Source of the DNA: Nitratidesulfovibrio vulgaris str. Hildenborough
Lineage (GTDB): Bacteria; Desulfobacterota; Desulfovibrionia; Desulfovibrionales; Desulfovibrionaceae
Length of the DNA: 32,000 nt
NCBI RefSeq assembly: GCF_000195755.1
Contig: NC_002937.3
Location: 660,001 to 692,000 of the forward strand
Reading direction: 5' to 3'
In this document: piece after piece, positions 9,038 through 18,939 of the stretch
How the letters are laid out: each line of letters starts with the position of its first letter
Position numbering within the stretch: position 1 is the first letter of the stretch
Translations under genes and position numbers: made by a program
The notes under the pieces: generated by a model
The model's database searches: none
What the model was told of the DNA's origin: nothing
Seen by the model: only the letters and a program-made list of their open reading frames with translations

Positions 9038-10459
9038 ATGCCGTCAATGATGTATTTTTTTCTGAGCGTGGCAGCGCTCATCGGCGGGTACATGGTCTAC
9101 AGCCGTGTCGTCGAGCGTCTGTTCGGCGTAGACAACTGCAAGGCGACCCCGGCTTGCACCATGGCCGACGGGGTGGACTATGTGAAACTGCCGCCCAGCA
9201 AGGTGTTCCTCATCCAGTTGCTGAACATCGCGGGCCTCGGCCCGGTGTTCGGCCCCATCCTCGGCGCCCTGTACGGCCCGTGGGCTCTGGTGTGGATCGT
9301 GCTCGGCTCCATCTTCGCGGGGGGTGTGCACGACTATTTTTCGGGGATGCTGTCGGTACGCTACGAGGGCAAGTCCGTGCCCGACATCGTAGGCTACAAC
9401 CTCGGCAACGGCTTCAAGCAGTTCATGCGCTTCTTCTCGGTGCTGCTGCTTCTGCTGGTGGGTGTGGTCTTCGTCACCGGCCCCGCCAAGCTGCTTGCCA
9501 GCATGACCGACCTCAACCTGCTCACGTGGGTCGTCATCATCTTCGCCTACTACTTCCTCGCCACCGTTCTGCCCGTGGACAAGATCATCGGCCGTATCTA
9601 TCCGCTCTTCGCCATCATCCTCGTGGTCATGGCCGTGGGTCTCACCGGTGCGATGATCGTGAAGGGCTACGAGTTCTACCCCGCGGCCCATTTCGTGAAC
9701 CAGCACCCCACGGGTCTGCCCCTGTGGCCGCTGATGTTCATCACCATCGCCTGCGGCGCCATCTCGGGCTTCCACGCCACGCAGTCGCCCATGATGGCGC
9801 GCTGCGTGCCTGACGAGAACTGCGGTCGTCCCATCTTCTACGGTTCGATGATCGCCGAAGGCGTCATCGCCCTCATCTGGGCGACGCTGGGCATGAGCTT
9901 CTACCCCACCCCCGAGGCGCTCAACGCCGCCATCGCCGCCGGTGGCCCCGGCAAGGTCGTCAATGACGTGGCCATGACGCTCATGGGCCCGGTGGGCGGC
10001 GTCCTCGCCATCCTCGGCGTGGTCGTGCTGCCTGTCACTTCCGGCGACACGGCCTTCCGTTCGGCCCGCCTGACCATCGCCGACGTGCTGAACTTCTCGC
10101 AGAAGGGCAACGGTGCCCGCCTGATGATCGCACTGCCGCTGTTCGTCATCGGTGCGGTGCTGTCGCAGGTGAACTTCGACATCATCTGGCGCTACTTCGG
10201 CTGGGCCAACCAGACGCTGGCGACCATCGTGCTGTGGGCGTCTGCGGCCTACCTCGTGCGTCGCGGCATGTTCCACTGGATAGCCAGCGTGCCCGCCACG
10301 TTCATGACGTGCGTGTGCGTGACGTACATCTGCTACGCCAAGATCGGTCTGAACATCCCGCTGGACATCTCCACGTGGATAGGCATCGCCGCCGCGGTGG
10401 GTTCGCTGGGCCTCTTCCTCGTGAAGCGTCCGGTGTTCGCGGCGAATCCCGTAGCCTAG
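9038..10459 (+). CDS. cstA: CstA-family transporter, copy 2
   Basis: 473 aa starting at MPSMMYFF, preceded by GAAGGAGGG. By my hand alignment there are 18 aa differences from copy 1. The listed start at 8987 adds 17 aa absent from copy 1 and lacks an RBS. Confidence 0.9.
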   Translation: MPSMMYFFLSVAALIGGYMVYSRVVERLFGVDNCKATPACTMADGVDYVKLPPSKVFLIQLLNIAGLGPVFGPILGALYGPWALVWIVLGSIFAGGVHDYFSGMLSVRYEGKSVPDIVGYNLGNGFKQFMRFFSVLLLLLVGVVFVTGPAKLLASMTDLNLLTWVVIIFAYYFLATVLPVDKIIGRIYPLFAIILVVMAVGLTGAMIVKGYEFYPAAHFVNQHPTGLPLWPLMFITIACGAISGFHATQSPMMARCVPDENCGRPIFYGSMIAEGVIALIWATLGMSFYPTPEALNAAIAAGGPGKVVNDVAMTLMGPVGGVLAILGVVVLPVTSGDTAFRSARLTIADVLNFSQKGNGARLMIALPLFVIGAVLSQVNFDIIWRYFGWANQTLATIVLWASAAYLVRRGMFHWIASVPATFMTCVCVTYICYAKIGLNIPLDISTWIGIAAAVGSLGLFLVKRPVFAANPVA

Positions 10460-10483
10460 ACGCTATCCACCTCGAATGAACCT

Positions 10484-10517
10484 GACGCCCCGCTGCAAAG
10501 CGGGGCGTTCGCTTTTT
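10484..10517 (+). terminator. Rho-independent terminator after cstA copy 2
   Basis: GACGCCCCGC (10484-10493) / GCGGGGCGT (10500-10508) stem, then TCGCTTTTT. Confidence 0.8.
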
Positions 10518-10756
10518 ACGGAGACGGGGCCATACTGAGGGCCGCTGCCCTCCTGAAAACCACTCGCGTGCGCAACCCCTTGCCATGGCATGCTGGTGTG
10601 GACTTCAGCGTGGTGCACGCCTACTATGACAGACTGGACATCTTGAGATGACGGCCTGACGGGCTGTGTGTCCGTCAGGCTGAGTCCGGTTTGCAAGGAT
10701 GCGCAGTGGGGCCGTCACGCCACCGCCGTCGGAACCCGTTTGCCCGGAGGGTCGCC

Positions 10757-11686
10757 ATGAACAGGATAGCCGTCATCGGCGTAGGCAACGTAGGCATGGC
10801 GTTCGCCTATGCCGCCGCCATCAAGCGCCTTGCCAACGACATCGTTCTCATAGACGCCAATGCCGCGCGTGCTGAGGGCGAGAGCATGGACCTCGCCGAC
10901 GCCATGGCTCTTGTGGGGCCGGTGCAGATTCGCAGCGGGGGCTATGAGCAGTGCGAAGGGGCGCGCATCGTCGTGGTCACGGCAGGGGCGAAGCAGATGC
11001 CCGGTCAGTCGCGGCTTGACCTCGTGCGGGTCAATGCCGGGATAACGCGGGATATCCTCACTGCGGTCATGCAGTACGCTGACGACCCCCTCTATATCAT
11101 GGCAACCAACCCCGTCGATGTCCTCACCCATGTGGCCCGAACGGTTACCGGGGTCGCTCCCGGACGCGTCATCGGTTCCGGGACGGTTCTCGACAGCGCC
11201 CGCTTCAGGGGGCATGTGGCCGAAATCCTGGGTGTCGACGTGCGGGGTGTGCACGCCCATATCGTTGGCGAGCACGGAGACTCCGAAGTGGCGCTCTGGA
11301 GTCGGGCCAATGTGTCGGGCATTCCGGTCGCGGAGATGTGCGCCCGGCGCGGCATCGCCTATGACGCGGCGTTCCGGGAGAAGGCTCTGGGGCATGTGCG
11401 GCATGCTGCCTATGAGATCATCGGGCGCAAGGGGGCAACGGGGTATGGCATCGGCATGAGCCTGTGCCGCATCGTAGAGGCTATCCTGCATGATGAGCAC
11501 AGCGTGCTCACGGTATCGTGCCCCGTCGCCGGGCACTACGGGCTGGGAGATGTGAGCCTTTCGTTGCCGTGCGTCATCGGAAGCGATGGCATCGAAGAGG
11601 TGCTGGATGCGCCCATCGCCGAGGATGAGCAGGCGGCGTTGGCGGCATCGGCACGAGTCCTCGGCGAGCATCTTGCCGCGTTATAG
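10757..11686 (+). CDS. ldh: NAD-dependent L-lactate dehydrogenase (LDH/MDH superfamily)
   Basis: Rossmann motif RIAVIGVGNVGMAFAYA at the N-terminus, substrate/catalytic block IVGEHGDSEV, and ATNPVDVLT. ATG 10757 is 6 nt after GGAGG; the listed TTG start at 10691 is unlikely. Confidence 0.85.
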   Translation: MNRIAVIGVGNVGMAFAYAAAIKRLANDIVLIDANAARAEGESMDLADAMALVGPVQIRSGGYEQCEGARIVVVTAGAKQMPGQSRLDLVRVNAGITRDILTAVMQYADDPLYIMATNPVDVLTHVARTVTGVAPGRVIGSGTVLDSARFRGHVAEILGVDVRGVHAHIVGEHGDSEVALWSRANVSGIPVAEMCARRGIAYDAAFREKALGHVRHAAYEIIGRKGATGYGIGMSLCRIVEAILHDEHSVLTVSCPVAGHYGLGDVSLSLPCVIGSDGIEEVLDAPIAEDEQAALAASARVLGEHLAAL

Positions 11687-12097
11687 ACAGGCGCGGGCGA
11701 GCGTTGTGCCGTGCCGACAGTCCGCCACTGCGTAGTCCGGCACATTGCCTGAACAGCCGTACCCGAAAAACGGGCCTGAACACCTGTGCCTGAACACCCG
11801 TCCTGAATACCGGTTTGACGCCTTGTGTGAAGCGTGGCTGTGGCGGGTCAGCCCTTCCCCCGTCGGTCACGCCCAAGCCGGTCGTAACCTGCACGTTGCC
11901 CGGGGCGGAGGGAAGGCCTCTGGGGCCGGATGCGTATGCCGGAGTGCCCCCGTGGCATCCCGGTCGGCCCCTCGACGTGGCGGGGCGAGGTCGGGTATTG
12001 CCTCTTTGATGAAGAAGGACACGTGAGGACACGGCAACTCACGGAGACGACGGCCCGTTGCGGCGGGCAACAACCTGAACAGTACGAAGGAACGCGC

Positions 12098-12532
12098 ATG
12101 ACAGTTGAGCGGGTAAGGGATTTCATCATGGCGCGCGACACCTTCGCACAGCATCTGGGCATGAGCCTCGACGAAGTGCGCGAAGGCTTCGCACGGGCCA
12201 CCATGCCGGTGGACGACAGACACCGTAATGGCGTGGGGCTTGTACATGGCGGGGCCATCTTCGCCCTTGCGGACCTCGCCTTTGCGGCGGCGGCCAATAC
12301 GAGTGGCGTGGTGTCTCTCAGTCTGACGGCCAGCATCTCATTCCTGAATGCGGGGCGTAAGGGGCCGTTGGCGGCCGAGGCGCGTGAGATAAGTGCCACC
12401 AAGCGCATCGCGACCTATGAGGTGCGCGTGCTCGATGGTGAGGGGACGTTGCTGGCCCTCTGTCAGGCCACGGCCTACCGCAAGAGTCATCCCATTCCGG
12501 AAGACGATGAAGAGGGGAAGGCGACTTCGTAG
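12098..12532 (+). CDS. PaaI/YbgC-type hotdog-fold thioesterase
   Basis: 144 aa from ATG 12098, with GAAGG 7 nt upstream. The motif NGVGLVHGGAIFALADLAFAAAAN is typical of PaaI-family thioesterases. Confidence 0.75.
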   Translation: MTVERVRDFIMARDTFAQHLGMSLDEVREGFARATMPVDDRHRNGVGLVHGGAIFALADLAFAAAANTSGVVSLSLTASISFLNAGRKGPLAAEAREISATKRIATYEVRVLDGEGTLLALCQATAYRKSHPIPEDDEEGKATS

Positions 12533-12636
12533 ACCGGGCGTCGTCGGCGGGGGATGCTCGACCAAACGCGGGAGGGGCAGCGGCGGAGAGGTCGTCTGCG
12601 AAGGATGTCAGTCAGGGCTTTCGGCGCATACAATAG

Positions 12637-12667
12637 AAAACGGCTGCAACATGGTTGCAGCCGTTTT
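12637..12667. terminator. Bidirectional terminator between the thioesterase gene and tRNA-Glu
   Basis: AAAA-CGGCTGCAAC-ATG-GTTGCAGCCG-TTTT. The perfect 10-bp stem is flanked by A4/T4, so a U tract follows the hairpin on either strand. It lies 9 nt past the tRNA 3' end. Confidence 0.8.
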
Positions 12668-12675
12668 GCGTGCTG

Positions 12676-12752
12676 TGGCGTTCCCAAGGGGATTCGAACC
12701 CCTGTCGACGGCGTGAAAGGCCGTTGTCCTAGGCCGGCTAGACGATGGGAAC
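12676..12752 (-). tRNA. tRNA-Glu: tRNA-Glu (anticodon UUC), CCA encoded
   Basis: The reverse complement reads GTTCCCA TC GTC TAGCCGGCCTAGGAC A ACGGC CTTTCAC GCCGT CGAC AGGGG TTCGAAT CCCCT TGGGAAC G CCA. It forms a full cloverleaf, has a TTCGAAT T-loop and anticodon TTC, and closely resembles E. coli tRNA-Glu. Confidence 0.95.
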
Positions 12753-12779
12753 GCTTGAACCGACAGTGTCGGGAAGACG

Positions 12780-12809
12780 CTTATGCAATAAGAGCGCTTC
12801 GTTCGTCAA
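12780..12809 (-). promoter_or_regulatory. Candidate sigma-70 promoter for tRNA-Glu
   Basis: On the minus strand, TTGACG (12809-12804), an 18-nt spacer containing TG, then CATAAG (12785-12780), about 30 nt upstream of the tRNA 5' end. Pattern match only. Confidence 0.3.
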
Positions 12810-12840
12810 CCATTTTTTGAAGTTTTTGCGTGTGCGGGTG

Positions 12841-13302
12841 TCATTGGCGTGAACGCGCCACTTCGTCGAACATGCGCACGTACTTGAGATAGCAGCGCCC
12901 GACGGTACTTTCGGGGTCGAGCGACTGCATGAGACCGCCAAGCCCCTCGGGCCGGGGGGGCAGCGGTACACGGCTGGACGGTGGTACCACGACGCGTGTG
13001 GTGTCCAGCGGTGTGCGCCCGAAGAGGAGGTGCACCTCGACGCGGTTGAAGAAGGGCCCGTCCATGAACGCGTTGACACGCTCGAGTATCTCTGGAGACA
13101 TGTAGGACAGGTCCTGCGCCGCCATGTTGTCTTCCGCCCCCACAAGCAGGATGCCCTTGCGCTGCCCGAGTGGAAAGGCAAGGGCGGCGAGGTCGGGCCC
13201 CATGACCATCTCCCAGTTCTCCCACAAGCGGGCAAGCTGGAACTGGTTTTTTGCGCCACGCGCGTTGAGGTATTCCTTGAGGGCATCGGCGATGGGCTTC
13301 AT
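12841..13302 (-). CDS. DUF721-family protein (DciA-like)
   Basis: 153 aa. LWENWEMVMGPDLAALAFPLGQRKGILLVGAEDNMAAQDLSYMSPEILERVNAFM fits the DUF721 pattern (W..ivG..la..s.p..l..g.L.v.v.....qeL......il..ln). ATG 13302 is 6 nt after GGAG. Confidence 0.7.
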   Translation of the reverse strand: MKPIADALKEYLNARGAKNQFQLARLWENWEMVMGPDLAALAFPLGQRKGILLVGAEDNMAAQDLSYMSPEILERVNAFMDGPFFNRVEVHLLFGRTPLDTTRVVVPPSSRVPLPPRPEGLGGLMQSLDPESTVGRCYLKYVRMFDEVARSRQ

Positions 13303-13431
13303 GGGCACTCCGTATGTTTCTCATACCACAAACGGTGCCGGATTGCATCGCCGGGACGGGTGCCCGTCCCGGCTGGATTCCTGCACCGGTTGGGTACCCG
13401 GACCGTGGGCAGCCTGACCGGGTTCATGGCG

Positions 13432-13698
13432 TCAGGTCTCGGGCCAGACAGGCGTTCCGCAACGGCAGCAGACCATCAGGCTTTTCCATATCCTGGAACT
13501 GCAATAGGGGCAGTCACGCCAGCGCGACCTGCCCATGAGCGCCAGCAGGACCGGTGGCAGTACCGGGATGAAGAGTGCAGCATAACCCCAGAAGACGACA
13601 GGACGCCCTAGTCTGTGAGCGAGTCTCACGGTGAACAGGACGAGCATGGTATGTGCGAAGATTGCGGCGGCGATGAGCATGATGTTGTGTGAGGTCAT
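13432..13698 (-). CDS. Small membrane protein with C-terminal zinc-ribbon-like CxxC...CxxC
   Basis: 88 aa from ATG 13698, preceded by GGAGGAACC. Two hydrophobic helices (IMLIAAAIFAHTMLVLFTV, VVFWGYAALFIPVLPPVLLALM) are followed by CPYC-x12-CCRC. No family recognised. Confidence 0.5.
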   Translation of the reverse strand: MTSHNIMLIAAAIFAHTMLVLFTVRLAHRLGRPVVFWGYAALFIPVLPPVLLALMGRSRWRDCPYCSSRIWKSLMVCCRCGTPVWPET

Positions 13699-14138
13699 GG
13701 TTCCTCCATGGTCTGAGTGTTGAAAATGCACGTCGGCACATCATGTGATGTGGCGGCGTGCATCTGTTTTCTTGTAAGACGCGTGATGTCGTCAGAAAGG
13801 TGTATGAAGTGAATGTACCGTTTCACATGGAGAATAGACCTGATGAATGTGAACAGGACATGATTGGTGATAGAATAGCATATGTTTCAAGAAAGGCAAC
13901 CGCAGTCGGAAAACGTTCATATGATGTAGAATCATGATGGGACAGTTCGGGTGAATGGCTTTGATGGAATCATTTTACGACGTCTGGTTCGTGCCGTGTC
14001 GGGTTATGCGGCGTCTGGACTATTCTCTGCGCTGTGACGGATGGCGAGGCAGTGGCATCTGCCCGGTAGCGGCCGCTTCGGAGAAAAGGCCGGATGTTGC
14101 GTCGCAAGCCCTGTCCAGCCTCACCGGTTGACTATATG

Positions 14139-14175
14139 CTTGATGTTGGATATGTCTACATCAAGTTTTCTTGAT
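14139..14175 (+). promoter_or_regulatory. Candidate operator (CTTGAT/ATCAAG half-sites) upstream of the sahR-like/ahcY operon
   Basis: CTTGAT at 14139-14144, ATCAAG at 14160-14165, CTTGAT at 14170-14175. These form a perfect palindrome ATCAAG-TTTT-CTTGAT and an outer inverted repeat CTTGATGT-N11-ACATCAAG. The site is 35-70 nt upstream of ATG 14210, next to TTGACT (14128-14133) and TAAATAT (14178-14184). Confidence 0.45.
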
Positions 14176-14209
14176 TTTAAATATCACGCCGTAAGCATAG
14201 AAGGCCAAC

Positions 14210-15133
14210 ATGTCCCTCGCCCTTCAGTATTTCAAGGCTTTGTCGGATGAGACGCGTCTGCGCCTCATCCATGTGCTCAACCGTCATGAACTGTCGGTGA
14301 ACGAGTTGGTCTCCATTCTTGAGATGGGGCAGTCGCGCGTTTCACGCCATCTGAAGATTCTCACGGGTGCCGGTTTGCTGACCTCGCGTCGCGACGGACT
14401 CTGGGTCTTCTATTCCGCCGCCGCCGAGGGCGACGGGCGCGCCTTTCTCGACGCTGTGACGCCGTTCGTGACCACCGACATGGTGTTGCAGGCAGACCTC
14501 GACATGGCCCAGAAGATCATCGAGGAGCGCGCCCTCAAGACAAGACAGTTCTTCAATGCCATCGCCGAAGACTGGGACGAACTCAACCGCGAGGTTCTCG
14601 GGGGGTTCGACCTTGCCGGGGCAGTGGCCGAGGCCATGCCGCAGTGCGAGACGGCGGTCGACCTCGGCTGCGGGACGGGCTCGGTCATCGAGCGCATGTT
14701 GCAGCGGTCGCAGCAGGTCATCGGGGTGGACGGTTCGCCCCGGATGCTCGAACTGGCGCGTCGGCGTTTCGTCGAAGGCGCAGAGCGTGTATCATTGCGT
14801 ATCGGAGAACTCGATCACCTGCCCCTGCGCGACGGTGAAGCCGATTTCGCCAGCATCAACATGGTGTTGCACCATCTTTCGGACCCGGGAGTGGCCCTTG
14901 GCGAGATTCGCCGGGTGCTGCGCCTCGGAGGCCAACTCATGGTCACGGATTTCGACAGGCACGACAACGAGCGTATGCGGAGCGACTATGGCGACCGCTG
15001 GCTTGGCTTCGAAGGCGTCCAGCTTGAAGGATTGCTCCGCGAAGCCGGGTTCACCGTGCGCGAATGCCGCAGGCAGGGGGTGGCCAAGGGCCTTGCCCTG
15101 CATCTGATGCTTGCCGAGAAGACACAACAGTAA
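14210..15133 (+). CDS. sahR: ArsR-type HTH fused to a SAM-methyltransferase-fold domain (SahR-like SAH-responsive regulator)
   Basis: N-terminal ArsR wHTH ([44 protein letters not shown]) and a C-terminal class I MTase fold with motif [10 protein letters not shown]. It sits immediately upstream of ahcY (25-nt gap), the arrangement I recall for SahR. Confidence 0.75.
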   Translation: MSLALQYFKALSDETRLRLIHVLNRHELSVNELVSILEMGQSRVSRHLKILTGAGLLTSRRDGLWVFYSAAAEGDGRAFLDAVTPFVTTDMVLQADLDMAQKIIEERALKTRQFFNAIAEDWDELNREVLGGFDLAGAVAEAMPQCETAVDLGCGTGSVIERMLQRSQQVIGVDGSPRMLELARRRFVEGAERVSLRIGELDHLPLRDGEADFASINMVLHHLSDPGVALGEIRRVLRLGGQLMVTDFDRHDNERMRSDYGDRWLGFEGVQLEGLLREAGFTVRECRRQGVAKGLALHLMLAEKTQQ

Positions 15134-15158
15134 CCCTAGCCGCCGACTGGAGGCTCTC

Positions 15159-16598
<1,440 letters not shown>

Positions 16599-16634
16599 CG
16601 CTCGGCCCTCACGGGCTGCGTGTTTGCAATGAAA

Positions 16635-16662
16635 GGGCGGGGAAGCATCGGCTTCCCCGCCC
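16635..16662. terminator. Shared hairpin terminator between convergent ahcY and the MCP gene
   Basis: GGGCGGGGAAGC-ATCG-GCTTCCCCGCCC, a perfect 12-bp stem. On the minus strand it is followed by TTTCATT; on the plus strand only by TCCGTCGTTCT. Confidence 0.7.
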
Positions 16663-16750
16663 TCCGTCGTTCTGGTTGTGCTGGTACCATGCCGCATCAT
16701 GGCGCTACGCGGTGAAAGGCACGGCCTGCCCCCTCAGGGCACAGTTCGGT

Positions 16751-18784
16751 TTACGCCGCCTTCAGCTTGACGATGAGCGAACGAAGTTCCTGCGTCATGG
16801 CGGACAACTCCGTCATGGCCTTCGCGCATTCGCCCATGGCGCCTGCGGTTTCGGAGGCGATGCGGTTCACTTCATCGGTGCCACGGTTGATCTGTTCGCT
16901 GGCGGCGGACTGTTCTTCGCTGGCGGTGGCGATGGCCCGCACCTGATCGGCGCTGCCTTCGATGAGCCCCACGATGCGCGCCAGCGCGTCACCCGCGATG
17001 CTGGCGAGTTCCGTGCTCCGCCCCACAGACATGGCCGCTTCGTCCATGCCTCGGATGTTGTCCTTGGTGCCCGACTGGATGGCCCGGACGGCCTCGCCCA
17101 CTTCCTTGGTGGCGTTCATGGTCTTCTCGGCGAGCTTGCGCACCTCGTCGGCGACGACCGCGAAGCCGCGTCCGGCTTCACCGGCACGGGCCGCCTCGAT
17201 GGCAGCGTTGAGGGCCAGCAGGTTCGTCTGGTCCGCGATGTCGGTGATGACCGTCATGATCTGTCCGATATTCTCGGCCCGTGTGCCGAGCATGTCGAGA
17301 CTCAGTTTCAGTTCGCCGGTCTTGGCATCCACATCGGAGATGGCCTCCACCACCGAACCCACCACGCTGGCCCCTTCGTCTGCCTCCCTGCGGGCGTGCT
17401 CCGAACTTTCCGCCGCTTCGGCGGCGTTGCGGGCAATCTCCATGACCGAGGCGTTCATCTCCTCCATGGCGGTGGCCGCTTCCGTAGTGCGCTGCAACTG
17501 GGTCGATGAACCGCGCGCCGCCTGTTCGACCTGCGCGGAAAGCTCCTCGGAGGCGGAGGATATGCGCTCGACGATACCTTCAAGTTGCGATGCCGCCAGC
17601 AAGAGTCCCTCGCGGCGAGCGTTCTCTGCCTGTGCGCGGGCGGCTTCGGCTTCGCGGGTGGCCACTTCGGCCTTGCGGGTCTGCTCTTCGGCCTCCTGCG
17701 TCTTGGCTTCGGAGGTGGCGATCATCTCCTTGAGTCGCCGTACCATGACGCGCAAGGCTTCGGCCAGGGTGCCTATCTCGTCCTGTCGTGTAAGGGCCAA
17801 ATCCTGCCCGAGGTCGCCGTCTGCCACCGCCCGTGCGAAATCCACTCCCTTGTTCAGGGCGTTCACGATACTGCGTACGATGAGGAACACGACAACACTG
17901 GTGACCAGCAGCATGATGATGCCTACGGCAAGGGTCGTGTTGCGTATGGCGGCCACGGACTCGTTTATCTCGTCCATGTCCACGGTGACGGCCAATTGCC
18001 ACCCGGTCCGTTTCTCCGTGGTGTAGACGAGAATCTTGTCCTTGCCTTTGAACGTGTACTCCACTTCGCCAGACGGGTTCCTGAACATGGGGGCTGCCCA
18101 GGGCTCATCCTTGAGATTGAGCGTGAGGATGTGCGACTTGTCCGGGTGTGCCGCAATGAAACCGGCCTTCGAGACGAGGAAGGCATATCCTGTCTTGCCT
18201 ATGCGTATGGGGTCGATGACCTCTGTGGCGAACCTTGCAAGGTCGATGGCACCGTAGATGACGCCGATGACCCTGCCATCACGTTTCACCGGTGATGCCA
18301 CGACGAAGACCGGCTTGTTGTTGACCTTGCTGAGTACGGCATCCGAAACGGCTGGCGTTCCCTGTATGGCGGTCTTGAAGTAGTCGCGGCTGCCGAGGTT
18401 CACCTTGCCGATGTCCTCTTGCCGGTTGCTGGCAACCACCACACCGTCAGGGCCGACGACCGCCAGCGACTGGTAGGTGCTATACTCTTCCAGTGTGTCC
18501 CGGAGTGCCTGCACGGCCTTTTTCGTGTGTTCGGGGGTGGGGTCGCTCAACACCCGTGCGAATTCATCACGTTTGGCCTGTGAACCGATGTCACTCTGGC
18601 TGTCTTCGACTGTCGTGGAGAGTTCTCTCGACAGCATGTCACGCACAAGGATTGAAGACTGCATGAGTGCTGCTTCAAGATTGCGTGAGGCGGTGGTGTA
18701 TGCAATGTACGCTGTGACACCCATGCCGAATACAAGGATACTGATGATGGGAACGAGAAAGCGGTTTCGCAGGTTCCAACGCAT
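16751..18784 (-). CDS. Methyl-accepting chemotaxis protein with a periplasmic double-Cache-like sensor
   Basis: 677 aa. N-terminal TM, a ~260 aa periplasmic region with Cache-like [17 protein letters not shown], a second TM, HAMP ([23 protein letters not shown]), and the MCP signalling core [49 protein letters not shown]. Confidence 0.9.
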   Translation of the reverse strand: MRWNLRNRFLVPIISILVFGMGVTAYIAYTTASRNLEAALMQSSILVRDMLSRELSTTVEDSQSDIGSQAKRDEFARVLSDPTPEHTKKAVQALRDTLEEYSTYQSLAVVGPDGVVVASNRQEDIGKVNLGSRDYFKTAIQGTPAVSDAVLSKVNNKPVFVVASPVKRDGRVIGVIYGAIDLARFATEVIDPIRIGKTGYAFLVSKAGFIAAHPDKSHILTLNLKDEPWAAPMFRNPSGEVEYTFKGKDKILVYTTEKRTGWQLAVTVDMDEINESVAAIRNTTLAVGIIMLLVTSVVVFLIVRSIVNALNKGVDFARAVADGDLGQDLALTRQDEIGTLAEALRVMVRRLKEMIATSEAKTQEAEEQTRKAEVATREAEAARAQAENARREGLLLAASQLEGIVERISSASEELSAQVEQAARGSSTQLQRTTEAATAMEEMNASVMEIARNAAEAAESSEHARREADEGASVVGSVVEAISDVDAKTGELKLSLDMLGTRAENIGQIMTVITDIADQTNLLALNAAIEAARAGEAGRGFAVVADEVRKLAEKTMNATKEVGEAVRAIQSGTKDNIRGMDEAAMSVGRSTELASIAGDALARIVGLIEGSADQVRAIATASEEQSAASEQINRGTDEVNRIASETAGAMGECAKAMTELSAMTQELRSLIVKLKAA

Positions 18785-18861
18785 GGCGTGCTCCTCCTGA
18801 AAGGGGGGATGGTTTATGCCATATTACCCTGTCAGAAGCGTCGAAGCCATAGTCCAAAGCT

Positions 18862-18900
18862 AAAAATAACGCCAACGAGGGCTGTCGCTGGCGTTATTTT
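18862..18900 (-). terminator. Terminator after the Mla-like operon (minus strand)
   Basis: ATAACGCCA (18866-18874) / TGGCGTTAT (18889-18897) stem. On the minus strand it is followed by TTTTT. It lies about 40 nt past the lipoprotein gene stop. Confidence 0.7.
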
Positions 18901-18939
18901 CCGGCCTCTTGCAGATGGCAGGCAAGACCGTGGCGCAGA

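Larger units (their letters stand above)
7126..10517 (+). repeat. Tandem direct duplication: two ~1.75 kb units, each with a leader motif, a cstA paralog and a terminator
   Basis: The unit offset is 1748 nt (CDS 7290 vs 9038). The shared TGATGCATTTC leader motif is at 7126 and 8877. Both CDSs end TAGACGCT and are followed by a GACGCCCCGC...GCGGGGCGT terminator. Confidence 0.9.

Noticed and set aside
13827-13937. 36-codon ORF (MENRPDECEQDMIGDRIAYVSRKATAVGKRSYDVES) inside the AT-rich island.
   Set aside because: No Shine-Dalgarno sequence precedes the ATG and no features are recognisable. Such an ORF length is easily reached by chance, so it cannot be supported from sequence alone.
15134-15158. 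Looked for an SAH riboswitch upstream of ahcY.
   Set aside because: Only 25 nt separate the upstream gene from ahcY. The 14041-14209 leader shows no SAH-riboswitch-like conserved core that I can recognise. Protein-based (SahR-like) control is the better explanation.
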